Source of the DNA: a bacterium
GTDB lineage: Bacteria; UBA8248; JACPRG01; G963555815
Direction: 5' to 3'
NCBI GenBank assembly: GCA_965218795.1
Contig: OZ244653.1
Location: 2,976,001 to 3,040,000, forward strand
Length of the DNA: 64,000 bases
A model generated the notes under the pieces. It saw only the letters and a program-made list of their open reading frames with translations, did no database searches and was not told where the DNA came from. The position numbers were made by a program, and so were the translations under genes. This document shows positions 48,631 to 59,165 of the stretch, piece by piece. Within the stretch, counting starts at the first letter, position 1. Each line of letters begins with the position of its first letter.

Positions 48631-48659
48631 GGGGGCCGCTTAGGCGGCCCTTGTTTTTT
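48631..48659 (+). terminator. Intrinsic terminator
   Basis: GGGCCGC-TTAG-GCGGCCC followed by TTGTTTTTT. Confidence 0.7.
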
Positions 48660-48693
48660 GGAATGATCACGTCGAGACAGGAGGAAAAGGTTC

Positions 48694-49518
48694 ATGGCGG
48701 AGGCAGCGATCAACGGCGCCAAGATTTGGTACGAGGTCCTGGGGGAAGGCGACCCCATGCTCACCATTCACGGATCCGGGTTCGGGCACGACAACTTCGC
48801 GCCCATTGTTCCCTACTGGGAAGAAGACTTTCAGGTGATTTGGTACGACATGCGGGGGTACGGGCTTTCCGAGCGTCCGATTCAGAAGTACGACATGGAG
48901 GTTTGGGCGGACGACGCGGTGGGGCTCCTCGATCATCTCGGGATCGAGAAGGCGCACATCAACGGAACTTCCATGGGTGGCATGATCGCACTCAAGCTGG
49001 CCGCCAAGTATCCGGACCGGGTGTGGGGTCTGGTCGTCAATTGCGCCATGGCCAAAATGGATTATGCCTCGAAGATCAATTTTCGCACCCACGCGTCGAT
49101 TGCCGAGCGGGAGGGGATGGGTTCCCTCGCCCTGGCTTCGCTATGCGCCGTCCAGGCCTGTTCGTACAACCATCTCGACGGATCGGAGGGGGAAAACACC
49201 GTCGAGTTTATCCGGACGATCCTTGAGAAAAATAATGAAGTGGAGATTTTCAAGAGCGCCTGCCAAGCCATGATTGAAATGGATCTGACGGAAGACCTTG
49301 CGAAAATCACGGCTCCGGCCCTCGTTTACACGGGGGACAAGGACATCATGACGCCCGTGGACCCGGGTCCGAGCGGGATCGGAACCCGCGGCATCGCGGA
49401 GCGGATCCGGAACGCCGAATTGGTTCTCATGCCCGGCTTGTCCCACACGACGATGGTCGAGGCCCCGCAGGAGTGCGCCAAGCTCGTGACGGATTTCCTG
49501 AAGGGTGTCCCGAAATAG
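48694..49518 (+). CDS. Alpha/beta hydrolase
   Basis: HG, DMRGYG.S, nucleophile GTSMGG, GDKD and C-terminal His. Confidence 0.92.
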   Translation: MAEAAINGAKIWYEVLGEGDPMLTIHGSGFGHDNFAPIVPYWEEDFQVIWYDMRGYGLSERPIQKYDMEVWADDAVGLLDHLGIEKAHINGTSMGGMIALKLAAKYPDRVWGLVVNCAMAKMDYASKINFRTHASIAEREGMGSLALASLCAVQACSYNHLDGSEGENTVEFIRTILEKNNEVEIFKSACQAMIEMDLTEDLAKITAPALVYTGDKDIMTPVDPGPSGIGTRGIAERIRNAELVLMPGLSHTTMVEAPQECAKLVTDFLKGVPK

Positions 49519-49542
49519 CCGGGGTTCCGCGGGAGGACTCGC

Positions 49543-50280
49543 CTAGCCCCCCATCCGGATGATCTCCTCCGCACAGATCTCGGGCTCTGAAAACATGACC
49601 TCGTGACAGGTGTCGATCTCTGCGTAGGTGTGCTCGATCCGGCTGGACATCTTCGGGTGCCACCAGCCGTCCGGGAGCGCCTTGTCCTGCGTGCAGAAGA
49701 TGTAGGACATGGACAGATCCATCGAATAGAACTTCTTCAGGTCAACCTTCTGAATATAAGGATGGTACAGGGTCGGCGTAAGCTTCCGGTAAGCCGCCTT
49801 GGCCTTGTCCACGTCCATCCCGTTGGCGAAGAATTCGAGGAACAGGTCTTCGGGGAACATGACGGTGTTGTCCGGACTCTCGGCCGCCAACTGGCCGAAG
49901 GCCTGCTGTTGCTCTTCGGGACAGTTGTCCACGAGCGATTCGCCGTCCTGCAGGATGAAGGCGGACAGGAAGACCAAGTGCGCGAGGCGTTCGGGGATTC
50001 GCTCGGCCGCTTTGGGGATGACGATGCCCGCCATGCTGTGTCCGACCAGAACGACGTTGCTCAGGTCGTTTCCCTCGATGAGCTCCACGACGGCGGTGGG
50101 GTAATCGTCATAACGCACGTTGGGACGTTCGGGGATCCTCGCTCCGTGGCCCGGGAGGTCGAGTGCGTACGCCTTTTTCCCCCGCTTCTCCAGGTGGGCG
50201 ATGACTTCTTCCCAGCAGAAGGCCCCGTGGCAGGACCCGTGAACCAACACGTAATTTTTTTCGCCGTTGTTCTCAGTCAT
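49543..50280 (-). CDS. Alpha/beta hydrolase (methylesterase-like)
   Basis: LVHG..HGA.CW, DLPGHG and GHSMAG motifs. Confidence 0.92.
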   Translation of the reverse strand: MTENNGEKNYVLVHGSCHGAFCWEEVIAHLEKRGKKAYALDLPGHGARIPERPNVRYDDYPTAVVELIEGNDLSNVVLVGHSMAGIVIPKAAERIPERLAHLVFLSAFILQDGESLVDNCPEEQQQAFGQLAAESPDNTVMFPEDLFLEFFANGMDVDKAKAAYRKLTPTLYHPYIQKVDLKKFYSMDLSMSYIFCTQDKALPDGWWHPKMSSRIEHTYAEIDTCHEVMFSEPEICAEEIIRMGG

Positions 50281-50396
50281 GGATGACCTCCTTGAATGCA
50301 AGTCTGAAGCGCATCGACCCCGCCCTCATTATGATCGACCTGACGGCAAGGATCGAACCTTCCCCGCTTGGACCCTTCCGAGATACCCGTGAGACA

Positions 50397-51254
50397 CTAC
50401 CCCCATTCCACGTGGCGTAATGCCTTGAATACGGAGACATTCGCCTCGATCGGATGAGAAACGAGGACATCATCCGTTGCGGTGAGAAAAACCGGATGGG
50501 ACCGGGAGCCGACTTCCGATACGTACTGCTTCAGGAGCTCCGGTGATTCAAAGCATTCCGCGGGTATGAATGCACCCGCGCGGGATTCGCCGGATATCCC
50601 CTGCAATCCGATCTGTGGTTGGAAAAGAAGGGCATCGGCCTGGAGAAGCGAAAAGGCATTGTAGTACTTGACGGTGTTGAACACGGGCTCCGCAACGCCG
50701 GCCGCTTCCTCCACTCCCGCGGTCTCCTCCAGAAGGACGACCTCCGCCCCTGCCTTACAGACCGCTTCCGCGAGCATGCGCGTCAGATCCACCGTCTCCG
50801 GAAGCAGATCGGGCCGATCCAGGCAGTCCCCGCCGCACAGCCCCATTGGCCCGGGAATGACGGCCAGGATTGGGATCTGCCTTCGCAATTCAATTTTCAA
50901 TCTTCGGATCACTTCCAACAGGACGGTGACAGGACCGTTCGAGAGCGCGTCCGGCGGCCACGGGTTTGCCCGCGGGGAAGCCCATTGAATGGCCGGACCC
51001 GCCGGGGACCAGTCGACTTGCGCCCCGGCGCTCTCAGCGAGAAATGCCGCATCGAACCGGACGCAGACACAATCCACGTCCAGGAGGCTTTGCTGGTCCC
51101 TGAGTGAACGGGTCAGGCGGGTGGGGTCTTGCGCCAGGAGGTTGGGGGCTGTCCCATCCAAACGGGATGCATGATAGAAGGCCAGGGGTAGAAGGGGCGG
51201 ACGAGGGCAGGGCGCACCCCGGAAGAATGCCCTCACCAACTGCCTGGACGACAT
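50397..51254 (-). CDS. apcE: UROD/MetE-fold protein, probable acetophenone carboxylase epsilon-subunit homologue
   Basis: 285 aa with UROD-like segments (LAE..GA.V.W, PGP). Occupies the fifth position of the apc gene order; the assignment rests mostly on synteny. Confidence 0.55.
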   Translation of the reverse strand: MSSRQLVRAFFRGAPCPRPPLLPLAFYHASRLDGTAPNLLAQDPTRLTRSLRDQQSLLDVDCVCVRFDAAFLAESAGAQVDWSPAGPAIQWASPRANPWPPDALSNGPVTVLLEVIRRLKIELRRQIPILAVIPGPMGLCGGDCLDRPDLLPETVDLTRMLAEAVCKAGAEVVLLEETAGVEEAAGVAEPVFNTVKYYNAFSLLQADALLFQPQIGLQGISGESRAGAFIPAECFESPELLKQYVSEVGSRSHPVFLTATDDVLVSHPIEANVSVFKALRHVEWG

Positions 51255-51483
51255 TGTGCAACCTCGGTGAATGATTCGATTTGAGCTTCCGGGACGGTTT
51301 CCGGTCCAAAGAAAAGAATCCCCGCGGCGTGTCGTCCGCAGGGATTCTCCTGATTTCTCTCGAACCCTTCGGCACCCTGCGAATCACGCCCGTGGATGAA
51401 GATGGAGACCGCGTTCCCGGGCCGAACGGAGAGCACTTCACCCCCGGTTGCGGCTTCTCCGCCGGCCTTGCGTCCGGTCCCGT

Positions 51484-53541
51484 CTAAATCCGGATGACCT
51501 CGCGGTTCTTTTCGGCGTCGGGCCAAGTCCCATAGTACTTCAGGGCTTGGGGATGCGGGCGTTTCTCTGACCACTCCTTGATGAACTCGCCGTAGGGTTT
51601 GCCCTGGCTGAGGCGGGCTTCCCGTTCCGCTTTGCGCAGACGCTCGGTCTCCTCGACGTTCGCCTTCAGGGTTTCCCGATCGTAGGCGACCTGATAGACC
51701 TTCTCCGCCGTCCAATGCGTGATGGCTTTGTTCCGCAAATCTTCCATGACCCTCTCGGGCGGCCGCTCCAAGACGTCGCCGTAGCCCCCTCCCCCCTGGG
51801 TGCTGGAGGTAATGACCTCCCCGCGTCGGACGATGCGCGCCGGGCGGGTCTGGTGCTCCCGAATGATTTCACCCCCGAAAGGGTTGTCCTCGATAAGGTC
51901 ATGGTCATTATCCGGCAGGAGGACCTCTCCCTTCATGAGCTGGGCCTGGACATCGGTATTGACCACTCGGATGGCCGGAACGACGGTCTCCGAATACCCG
52001 CCGAACAGGCCGCAAGTGGTGGGCAGCTTGGATTCTTTGGCCGTGGCCGTAAATACCGCATGCGGGGCCTGATGGACCGTATACGCCACCGCCAAGCCGA
52101 CCCCCCCCCGGTACTTCCCGTATCCGCCGCTGTCGGGCATGGACTTTTGATAGAGGTGCAGCACCGGGAAGGCCCGCTCGATGTCCTCCACGTCGGGCCC
52201 CTTGCCCCATGGCGCGTGGGGGAACCCGAAGACGTCCACCCCGTCCTCGCCGTATCGGGCGGCCAGCCCCCAGGCGTTCAAGGGGAAGGCCATGAAGTCG
52301 ACGATCTTGGCCCCGTGCTGGTTGACGCACGTGATCATCGGAGCGGCCGAGTTGGAGGAAGCAAACCCGCAGACCAGACTTCGCTGCGGGCTGTCAAACA
52401 TCATCTTGGAAAAAACGACCGCCAGGAGAGGAAAAACGGCCGACGCCGTAATGGGCGAGCAGGAAATAGCGGCCTCCGGATCCGGGTCCATGATGGTGCC
52501 CTTCGGAATGATGTAATCGATGGGATCCATCGAACCCGCGGAAATGGGGAAATCATGGAAGGGGAACGCATAGAGATAATGAGCGCAGTGAGCGCGAACG
52601 CTGGGGGACAGAGACTGAAAGCTCCCCTCGTGCTCCGGTGAAGTGCCCGTCATATCGATGACGATCCGATCGCCCTTCTTGTGGATGGCGAGGGGAACCC
52701 GCAGCAGCGCGGCCTCGGAACCGGTCGTATCGATGAACACGACGTGGCGGTACGTCCCGTCGTTCCATTCACTGATTCGCTTGCGGGCGCCGTCCGCGGA
52801 CTCCTTGATCTGCTTCAGAAACAACATCCGGAGGAACTCATTGCCCTTCTTCTGGGCCAAGTTCTGCATGCGGACGCGGATGCGGTCGCAGGCCGCCACC
52901 CGGGCCTTCACGTCGGTGACCTGCATCCGCGGCGCGCGCGACATGAAGTTCTCCATCATCTTCAGTAGATCGGCCTTGAGCTGGTACCCCTCGCCGATCT
53001 TGATGGGGGTGAGCTTCATCCCCTCGTCGTGCCGGGTAATGGCCGTGGTGATCTCCCCGCCGGGCTCCTTGCCCCCCGTCTCCGACTGATGGGCGCCCAC
53101 GACGGTCCACGCGACGAGGGCATCCCCGTTGAAGATGGGCATAATGGCGAACTGATCGGGGTTGTGGATGCCGCCGTAAATCGCTTCGTTGCAGTAATAG
53201 ACGTCCCCCTCGTTCACCTGGACCGTTGGCTCATCCTTGAAATATTTCAGGATGAACTTGACCGGAATCTGCCCGGTGACGGTGTGAAGGTAGGTGCCGC
53301 AAACGGAAGTGACCAGGTCGCCCTCGGCCGTATAGATCCCCGCCATGGAATCGCCCGAGTGGAGCATGCTGGAGATGCCCATCTTGGTCATCACGGCCTT
53401 GCCTTCTTCGACAATGAGGACGAGGTTTTCCGAGTAAATCTCGTAATCGCCCGGGGACAGCTCTTCGATGGACTTCATCGCCTCTCGCGTGACATCCGAA
53501 GGTTTCAGCCCCTGCTCGACGAGATCCATATCAAAGGACAT
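51484..53541 (-). CDS. apcD: Hydantoinase B/oxoprolinase-family subunit, acetophenone carboxylase ApcD-like
   Basis: CGTYLH, YGGIHNPDQ, H..ETG..EPGG and GGGGYGDVLER motifs. Confidence 0.8.
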   Translation of the reverse strand: MSFDMDLVEQGLKPSDVTREAMKSIEELSPGDYEIYSENLVLIVEEGKAVMTKMGISSMLHSGDSMAGIYTAEGDLVTSVCGTYLHTVTGQIPVKFILKYFKDEPTVQVNEGDVYYCNEAIYGGIHNPDQFAIMPIFNGDALVAWTVVGAHQSETGGKEPGGEITTAITRHDEGMKLTPIKIGEGYQLKADLLKMMENFMSRAPRMQVTDVKARVAACDRIRVRMQNLAQKKGNEFLRMLFLKQIKESADGARKRISEWNDGTYRHVVFIDTTGSEAALLRVPLAIHKKGDRIVIDMTGTSPEHEGSFQSLSPSVRAHCAHYLYAFPFHDFPISAGSMDPIDYIIPKGTIMDPDPEAAISCSPITASAVFPLLAVVFSKMMFDSPQRSLVCGFASSNSAAPMITCVNQHGAKIVDFMAFPLNAWGLAARYGEDGVDVFGFPHAPWGKGPDVEDIERAFPVLHLYQKSMPDSGGYGKYRGGVGLAVAYTVHQAPHAVFTATAKESKLPTTCGLFGGYSETVVPAIRVVNTDVQAQLMKGEVLLPDNDHDLIEDNPFGGEIIREHQTRPARIVRRGEVITSSTQGGGGYGDVLERPPERVMEDLRNKAITHWTAEKVYQVAYDRETLKANVEETERLRKAEREARLSQGKPYGEFIKEWSEKRPHPQALKYYGTWPDAEKNREVIRI

Positions 53542-53564
53542 TTCACTTTCTCCCTTCGACTTCC

Positions 53565-55694
53565 TTAGATCATTTTGAGAAGGCCGTTCTTGAACTCGTC
53601 CATGACGAACCGCCAGCCGGGCTCCACGACGATGGTGGTGTCCTCGGCCTCCACGATGGCCGGCCCGTCGAATGTGTGGCCGACATCGAGCTGTTGACGT
53701 CCGTAGATGGGCGTTTCCTGCAAACCGATGTCCGGCCAGTGGGCCGGACGGGTGCCGATCTGAGCGGCGGATGCATCCGTCTTCGCGGGTTGCAGTTTCT
53801 GGACCTCCGGCTTGGTGCCGGGTACGGTGGCCCGGAGCACGAAATTCTCGATTTCAACGCCGGCCTCCGGCGTCAGCCCCATCGGGCTGTAGGCCTCGCT
53901 GTATTCCTTCTCGAAGGCCGCATAAATCGTACGGATATCGTCCGGCCCCTTGACCTTCATGACCGGGGAAATCGCGCGTTTCACGTTGAGCTGGCCTCCG
54001 AACTTCATGTCCAGCTCGAGCATCCATTGAACCTGGTTGATATCGAGCCCCTCGCCACGAAAGTCCTGCTGTGCCCGATCCATCAATTCATCGACCACGG
54101 CATTGAAGGTGTCGTAATCGTCAAACAGGTTGCTTTTGAAATCCATCAGATGAAGGTGCAGAGACTTTTCGTACAGGTGGACCATGTCCATGGTAGCGGA
54201 GCCGAAGGCGCAAAAGGTCGAGGCGAAGGAGAACACCACAATCGTTTCCAGTTGAGCGAACGAGGCGAAACCGGTGGCGTGGACCGGCCCTGCGCCCCCG
54301 ACGGCAAATAGGATGAACTCCCGCGGATCAAACCCCTTGAGGACGGTTTCCTTGTATATCTCCCCACCCATATTGGCATCGACCACCCGCTTGGCCAGCT
54401 GGGCGGCGTCTTCCACGCTGACGCCAAGGGGGGCGGCCACATGGTCCTGGATCGCCTTGACCGACAGTTCCTTGTTCAGCTTGAGACGGCCTCCATGGAA
54501 GGTGTCCGGGTTGATATAGCCCAGCACCACATCGGCGTCTGTGACGGTGGGCTGGGTCCCGCCCTGGTTGTAGCAGGCGGGGCCGGGGTGAGACCCTGCG
54601 CTTTCCGGGCCCACCTCCACTTGATTCCCCAGAAGGGGGTTCACGCGGATGATGGAGCCGCCGCCTGCGCCGATGGACCGGACGTCGAGCATCGTGGCGT
54701 CCACGACCCATCGGTCGATGATGGGCTGAAACTGGTAAAACCGGGTGCTGCCCTCCGCGACCATCCCGATGTCGAAGCTGGTTCCCCCCATATCGGCGCT
54801 GATCACGTTCTTGTACCCGTATTGGGGCGCCAGGTAGAAACTGCCCATGACGCCGGCGACCGGGCCGCCGTTGTACGTGTTGACGGCCGACGTCTTGAAC
54901 ACCGACGCCATCCCCCCCGTGTTGTGGATCATCATGAGGGGCCGCTTGTACCGGCGCTCGCGCAGCTCCTCGGTGATTCCGATCAGTCCCGCGTACATGG
55001 ACTGATGGAGATAAGCGCTGAGGATGGTCATCATCGTGCGGGGGTATTCGTATATGCGCGGAGCGATCTCGACGGACAGGAACACGGGCATGTTGCCCAG
55101 ATAGGAGTCATTGTATTCCTGGCTGATCAATTCCTTGATGCGCTGCTCGTGCGCCGGGTTGACGAAGGACCACAGAAGAGAGACCACGAACGCCCGGGCC
55201 CCCCGATCCACGAGGCCGCGCAGTTGTTCCAGAAACACTTCCTCGTTCAAGGGGTAGATGACGTCACCGTTGGAGTCGATACGCTCCTTGACCCCCACGA
55301 CCATCGTTTTTTCGATGAGCGGTTCGGGCCGCTGGATTCGGGCGATGTTGCGCGCGAACTTGAACGGGATCCCGTCCGCCCATTGGCTGCACCGGCCGAT
55401 GAACACGGTATCCTCGAATCCGTGGGTCATGATGAGCGCCAACTTGGGCCCCACGCGCTCGATGAGCTTGTTCATGGCCAGCGTGGTCGAGTAGCGGATG
55501 ATCTCCGTCTCGGACAGCAGTTCCTCCACCGGCATGTCCAGGCGGTCGGCGCTTTCCTCGATGGCCTCCATCATGCACACGGACAAGTCGTAGGCCGTCG
55601 TGCGGGCCTTGCACCACACCTCCTCCCCGTTGCGCGTGACGTAACAGTCCGTGAAGGTTCCGCCGATGTCGATATCAATGGCTGTCTGCGCCAT
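53565..55694 (-). CDS. apcC: Hydantoinase A/oxoprolinase-family ATP-binding subunit, ApcC-like
   Basis: IDIDIGGTFTD, IIRYSTT.A.N, DMGGTSFD and GAGGGS motifs. Confidence 0.8.
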   Translation of the reverse strand: MAQTAIDIDIGGTFTDCYVTRNGEEVWCKARTTAYDLSVCMMEAIEESADRLDMPVEELLSETEIIRYSTTLAMNKLIERVGPKLALIMTHGFEDTVFIGRCSQWADGIPFKFARNIARIQRPEPLIEKTMVVGVKERIDSNGDVIYPLNEEVFLEQLRGLVDRGARAFVVSLLWSFVNPAHEQRIKELISQEYNDSYLGNMPVFLSVEIAPRIYEYPRTMMTILSAYLHQSMYAGLIGITEELRERRYKRPLMMIHNTGGMASVFKTSAVNTYNGGPVAGVMGSFYLAPQYGYKNVISADMGGTSFDIGMVAEGSTRFYQFQPIIDRWVVDATMLDVRSIGAGGGSIIRVNPLLGNQVEVGPESAGSHPGPACYNQGGTQPTVTDADVVLGYINPDTFHGGRLKLNKELSVKAIQDHVAAPLGVSVEDAAQLAKRVVDANMGGEIYKETVLKGFDPREFILFAVGGAGPVHATGFASFAQLETIVVFSFASTFCAFGSATMDMVHLYEKSLHLHLMDFKSNLFDDYDTFNAVVDELMDRAQQDFRGEGLDINQVQWMLELDMKFGGQLNVKRAISPVMKVKGPDDIRTIYAAFEKEYSEAYSPMGLTPEAGVEIENFVLRATVPGTKPEVQKLQPAKTDASAAQIGTRPAHWPDIGLQETPIYGRQQLDVGHTFDGPAIVEAEDTTIVVEPGWRFVMDEFKNGLLKMI

Positions 55695-55712
55695 GCTGCT
55701 CCCCTTGTCCGC

Positions 55713-56045
55713 TCAAAGTCCGTGCTTCGCCTTCAGGGCGTCGATGTCCAACTCGATGTCGAACGTGATCGGATGGCCCGGAGGAAGATACTCCACCTCG
55801 AGCATCGTCGCGCAACCCGGACAATAGAACTCGACGATTCGGCACCATTCCGGATCCGGGGCGAACCCGTACTCCCCTTCCACCACCGGGCGGTGAACCT
55901 CTCTCGGGTCCCGGTCGGCCACCAGGCACCCTTCCTTGTAATTCCCTCTGGCCGGACCCAAGCCGTGCCTGCACACCTTGCAATGCCAGAATTCCTTCTC
56001 CAAATCGATTTCCAGGTACTCGGTGATTTGAGGCCGGGCACTCAT
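55713..56045 (-). CDS. apcB: Acetone/acetophenone carboxylase small Zn-binding subunit, ApcB-like
   Basis: TEYL.IDL, CxxC, YK.GCLV, EGEY.FAPD..W.RI.EFYCPGC and EYLPPGHP motifs. Confidence 0.85.
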   Translation of the reverse strand: MSARPQITEYLEIDLEKEFWHCKVCRHGLGPARGNYKEGCLVADRDPREVHRPVVEGEYGFAPDPEWCRIVEFYCPGCATMLEVEYLPPGHPITFDIELDIDALKAKHGL

Positions 56046-58036
56046 GATGACACCTCCAACAACCCGTTTCCGGATGGATCCGTCTTGAACGTGGTCTTAT
56101 CGGGGACGAGCACAGAGGTGTACTCGCTTTCGACGATCGCCGGCCCGGACACCTCGGAGCCGAGCGGGAGGCGATCCAGCCCGTACACCGCCGCCTCGGA
56201 CTCTCCGGAGGGCAGTCGGAGCTTGCGCGTTCCTTGTTGGGCTTGGGCAACGTCGTCGGCCCGTTCTCCTCTCGCCGCGGTGTCCGGATGCGGCGCCGAG
56301 CAGGCCGCGGTGAGGCGCACGATGACGTACTGGCCATTGCCCGGGAGATTGGAAACGAACTGTTCCAGCTCAGGCGGAATCCGGGCGTTTCGAAACGGAG
56401 CCGTCTGTTGAGCCAGAGACTCCATGCCAGCCAGGCAGTCCACATCGAGCGTGCAGCGCATCATCTCCTCGGCGAAGCCTTCCCCCCGCATGTCGCGGGC
56501 AGCCATTGACCTCAGACCTTGGGCGGCCCCGCTCAGCAGGACCGGATCGACAGAGCCGTTTACCACGGGACAGATTTCTTCGTAAACGTGGGTTACGTCC
56601 AGTGTGCTCGCGCCGAAGGCTGAAAATACGGCGCCGAATGCCGGGACGTACACCTCCGCCATGTTCAGCTTTCGAGCCAGGCCCGCCGCCAGCAGCCCGG
56701 CCCCGCCACCAAAGGCGTAGAGGGTGGCGCCTTGCAGCGAAACGCCGGAGGGCAGGGCGACTTGCTCGGCGATCTGTTTTCCGAGCGCGCTTTCAATGGC
56801 GTCCTTCGCCGTGAGTGCAGCTTCGGCCGGATCGACGCCCATGGGCTCGGCCAGCTTGTCCCGGATTACGTCGCGGGCCTTGTCGGCGTCCAACGTCTTC
56901 CGTCCGCCCAGGTATTCATCCGGCGAGAGATAGCCGAGCGTCAGCCAGACATCCGTGGGCGTCACTTCCGACCCGCCCAGTCCAAAGGCGGCCGGTCCGG
57001 GAACCGCTCCCTGGCTGTCCGGACCGACGGAGATCCCGTGGGGGGAGTTGAGCCGGATGATCGAGCCGCCTCCCACGCCGAAAGACACGATCCTCGGTAT
57101 CCTCTGAGCGACCTGGACACCGTTGATGGGCAGATAATCGGCCCTGACGGAGGCGCCTCTGGCAATCAGCGAGACATCGGACGTGGTGCCCCCGACGTCG
57201 ATGCTGAGCACCCGATCGTGACCCACAGCACCCGCGAGTACGTGCGCGCCGCGCACTCCGGCCGCCGGCCCGGATTGATACGTATTGATAACACGGGTCT
57301 TGGCCACCCGGGTGACACCGTAATCCGCAGTGACGATCAACAGGGGGTAGCGGTAGCCGTTCCTCCTGACCTGGTCCTCGGCCTTGTAGAGAGAGTTGAC
57401 CATGCTGCGGTGAAAATAGGCGTTCACGATCGCCGTGTTGGTCCGGATCTCGTCGCTGGGGACTCTCGAAACATGATGGGAAACCAGCATGGGCACCGCG
57501 CCGAGGTAATGGCGGGGGTAGGCCGAGTCGATGGCCCCCCTGACCGCCATTTCATTGGCCGGATTCAGGTGGGCGTTCCGCAGGCTGATCACCAGGGTAC
57601 GGGCCCCGTTCTCCAGCAGAAACCGCACGCGCGCGTCCAGCTGTTCGGGGTCGGGCGGGCGAACCACCTCGCCCTTCCCGCTGGTTTCCTCTGAAATGCC
57701 GACCACCATCTGTGGAGGGACAAACGTTGTGATCGGACTGTCGGAGGCGTTGGAATAGAGGTTCTTCTCGGCGCCTTCGGTTACGATGACGCCCAATTTG
57801 GGGCCGGAGAGCTGGACGGCCGTATTGGTGGCTATGGTGGAAGAAAAACGGATGACGCCGGTCTGCTCGAGCAGCTCCGGTGTTGCGAATCCAAGACGGC
57901 GGGCGCCCTCTTCAATGCAGGAAAAAAAGCAGACTGTGAGATCGTGGGGCGTGGTCTCGACCTTAACGCTGATGCCGCTCCCGGAGATGTATCCGTCCGT
58001 AAAGGTGCCCCCGGTGTCGATATCAATGGTGTACAA
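56042..58036 (-). CDS. apcA: Hydantoinase A-family ATP-binding subunit, ApcA-like
   Basis: YTIDIDTGGTFTD, KV.TTPHD, SSTI.TN and DVGGTT motifs. TTG start after GGGAGG. Confidence 0.8.
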   Translation of the reverse strand: MYTIDIDTGGTFTDGYISGSGISVKVETTPHDLTVCFFSCIEEGARRLGFATPELLEQTGVIRFSSTIATNTAVQLSGPKLGVIVTEGAEKNLYSNASDSPITTFVPPQMVVGISEETSGKGEVVRPPDPEQLDARVRFLLENGARTLVISLRNAHLNPANEMAVRGAIDSAYPRHYLGAVPMLVSHHVSRVPSDEIRTNTAIVNAYFHRSMVNSLYKAEDQVRRNGYRYPLLIVTADYGVTRVAKTRVINTYQSGPAAGVRGAHVLAGAVGHDRVLSIDVGGTTSDVSLIARGASVRADYLPINGVQVAQRIPRIVSFGVGGGSIIRLNSPHGISVGPDSQGAVPGPAAFGLGGSEVTPTDVWLTLGYLSPDEYLGGRKTLDADKARDVIRDKLAEPMGVDPAEAALTAKDAIESALGKQIAEQVALPSGVSLQGATLYAFGGGAGLLAAGLARKLNMAEVYVPAFGAVFSAFGASTLDVTHVYEEICPVVNGSVDPVLLSGAAQGLRSMAARDMRGEGFAEEMMRCTLDVDCLAGMESLAQQTAPFRNARIPPELEQFVSNLPGNGQYVIVRLTAACSAPHPDTAARGERADDVAQAQQGTRKLRLPSGESEAAVYGLDRLPLGSEVSGPAIVESEYTSVLVPDKTTFKTDPSGNGLLEVSS

Positions 58037-58255
58037 ACGCTCGCCTCCCCGCCCCAGGCCCATGGAACCACGTCCAAGACCCGCTTCCACCTTTGGCCAC
58101 GATCGCAATCATCGACCCTTGTCGAGGACTTGAGGGCCGACAATCAATCATCTGAATTGTTTACGGAGAACCACCTGAATTCTCTGAATTCTACCTCATT
58201 GAAAAAAAATTATCTCACAAAAATTCGCTGGAGGGGAATTCCTCATTTCCTCCGC

Positions 58256-59104
58256 TCAAAGCTTCAGAAGCTTCCTGGCGTTCTCGTAAAGGATCTTCCG
58301 ATGCAGTTCTTCCTTGAACCCGGCCTGCCCGAAATCCTTCAGCCATCGTTCCGCCGTGAGAACGGGATAATCGGAACCGAACAGGACCTTGTCCCCCAAT
58401 GCGTAGTTGGCGTAGCGGACCAGGGAAGGCGGAAAGTATTTGGGAGACCATCCGGAAAGGTCCATGTAGACGTTGGACTTGTGCATGGCGACGGCCAGCA
58501 TTTCCTCCTGCCAAGGCCAGGCCGGATGGACGCCGATAATGGTCAGTTCGGGAAAGTCCGCGGCCACATCGTCCAGATACGGAATGGGCTGGCTGTATTT
58601 GAGCTTCATGCCCAGGCCGCCGGGAGCCCCCGCCCCGACCCCGCACATCCCCATGTGGAAGATGCAGGGAAGTTCCAGTTCCGCGCATTTCTCCCAGAGA
58701 GGATAGAATCGGTGGTCGTTCATGTAGAAAGCCTGCTCGCTGGCATGAAACTTCATGCCGATCAGTCCGAGGTCGCGCACGCGCTCGACCGCTTGTTTCC
58801 CTTTCCAGGGATCCACGCTCCCGAATCCGAGAAAAATATCCGGGTGCTTCTTGACGGCCGCGGCCACATGATCGTTCGAGACGGCGGGGGTGCCGAAGTG
58901 GCTCTCGCAATCCAGCGCCAACAAAACGGCAATCGTATTCAGCGAGCGGTAGTTGTCGGCTGTTTCGTCCAAACTGACGGGGGGCATCTTCCGCCGGAAA
59001 TACTTTTCGGCGTACTCCTGGAACTTGCCCATCAAGGCAATGTTCGCCTCATCGGCGGGGTGGACATGAATATCGATTGCAGTCGGCTCCCGGATCAGGG
59101 GCAT
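58256..59104 (-). CDS. Amidohydrolase-family protein, aryl-beta-ketoacyl-CoA hydrolase (CouO)-like
   Basis: IDIHVH, GFGSVDP, GAG.PGG.G.KL.YS.P, HP..PWQ.E, HK.NVY.DLSGWSPKYFP and FGSDYP motifs. Confidence 0.75.
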   Translation of the reverse strand: MPLIREPTAIDIHVHPADEANIALMGKFQEYAEKYFRRKMPPVSLDETADNYRSLNTIAVLLALDCESHFGTPAVSNDHVAAAVKKHPDIFLGFGSVDPWKGKQAVERVRDLGLIGMKFHASEQAFYMNDHRFYPLWEKCAELELPCIFHMGMCGVGAGAPGGLGMKLKYSQPIPYLDDVAADFPELTIIGVHPAWPWQEEMLAVAMHKSNVYMDLSGWSPKYFPPSLVRYANYALGDKVLFGSDYPVLTAERWLKDFGQAGFKEELHRKILYENARKLLKL

Positions 59105-59165
59105 GGCTCCTCATCTCTCGTTCTGTGTGAAGAAGGAGTTCCGGTCCGGTGATTCGCCGCCTGCT

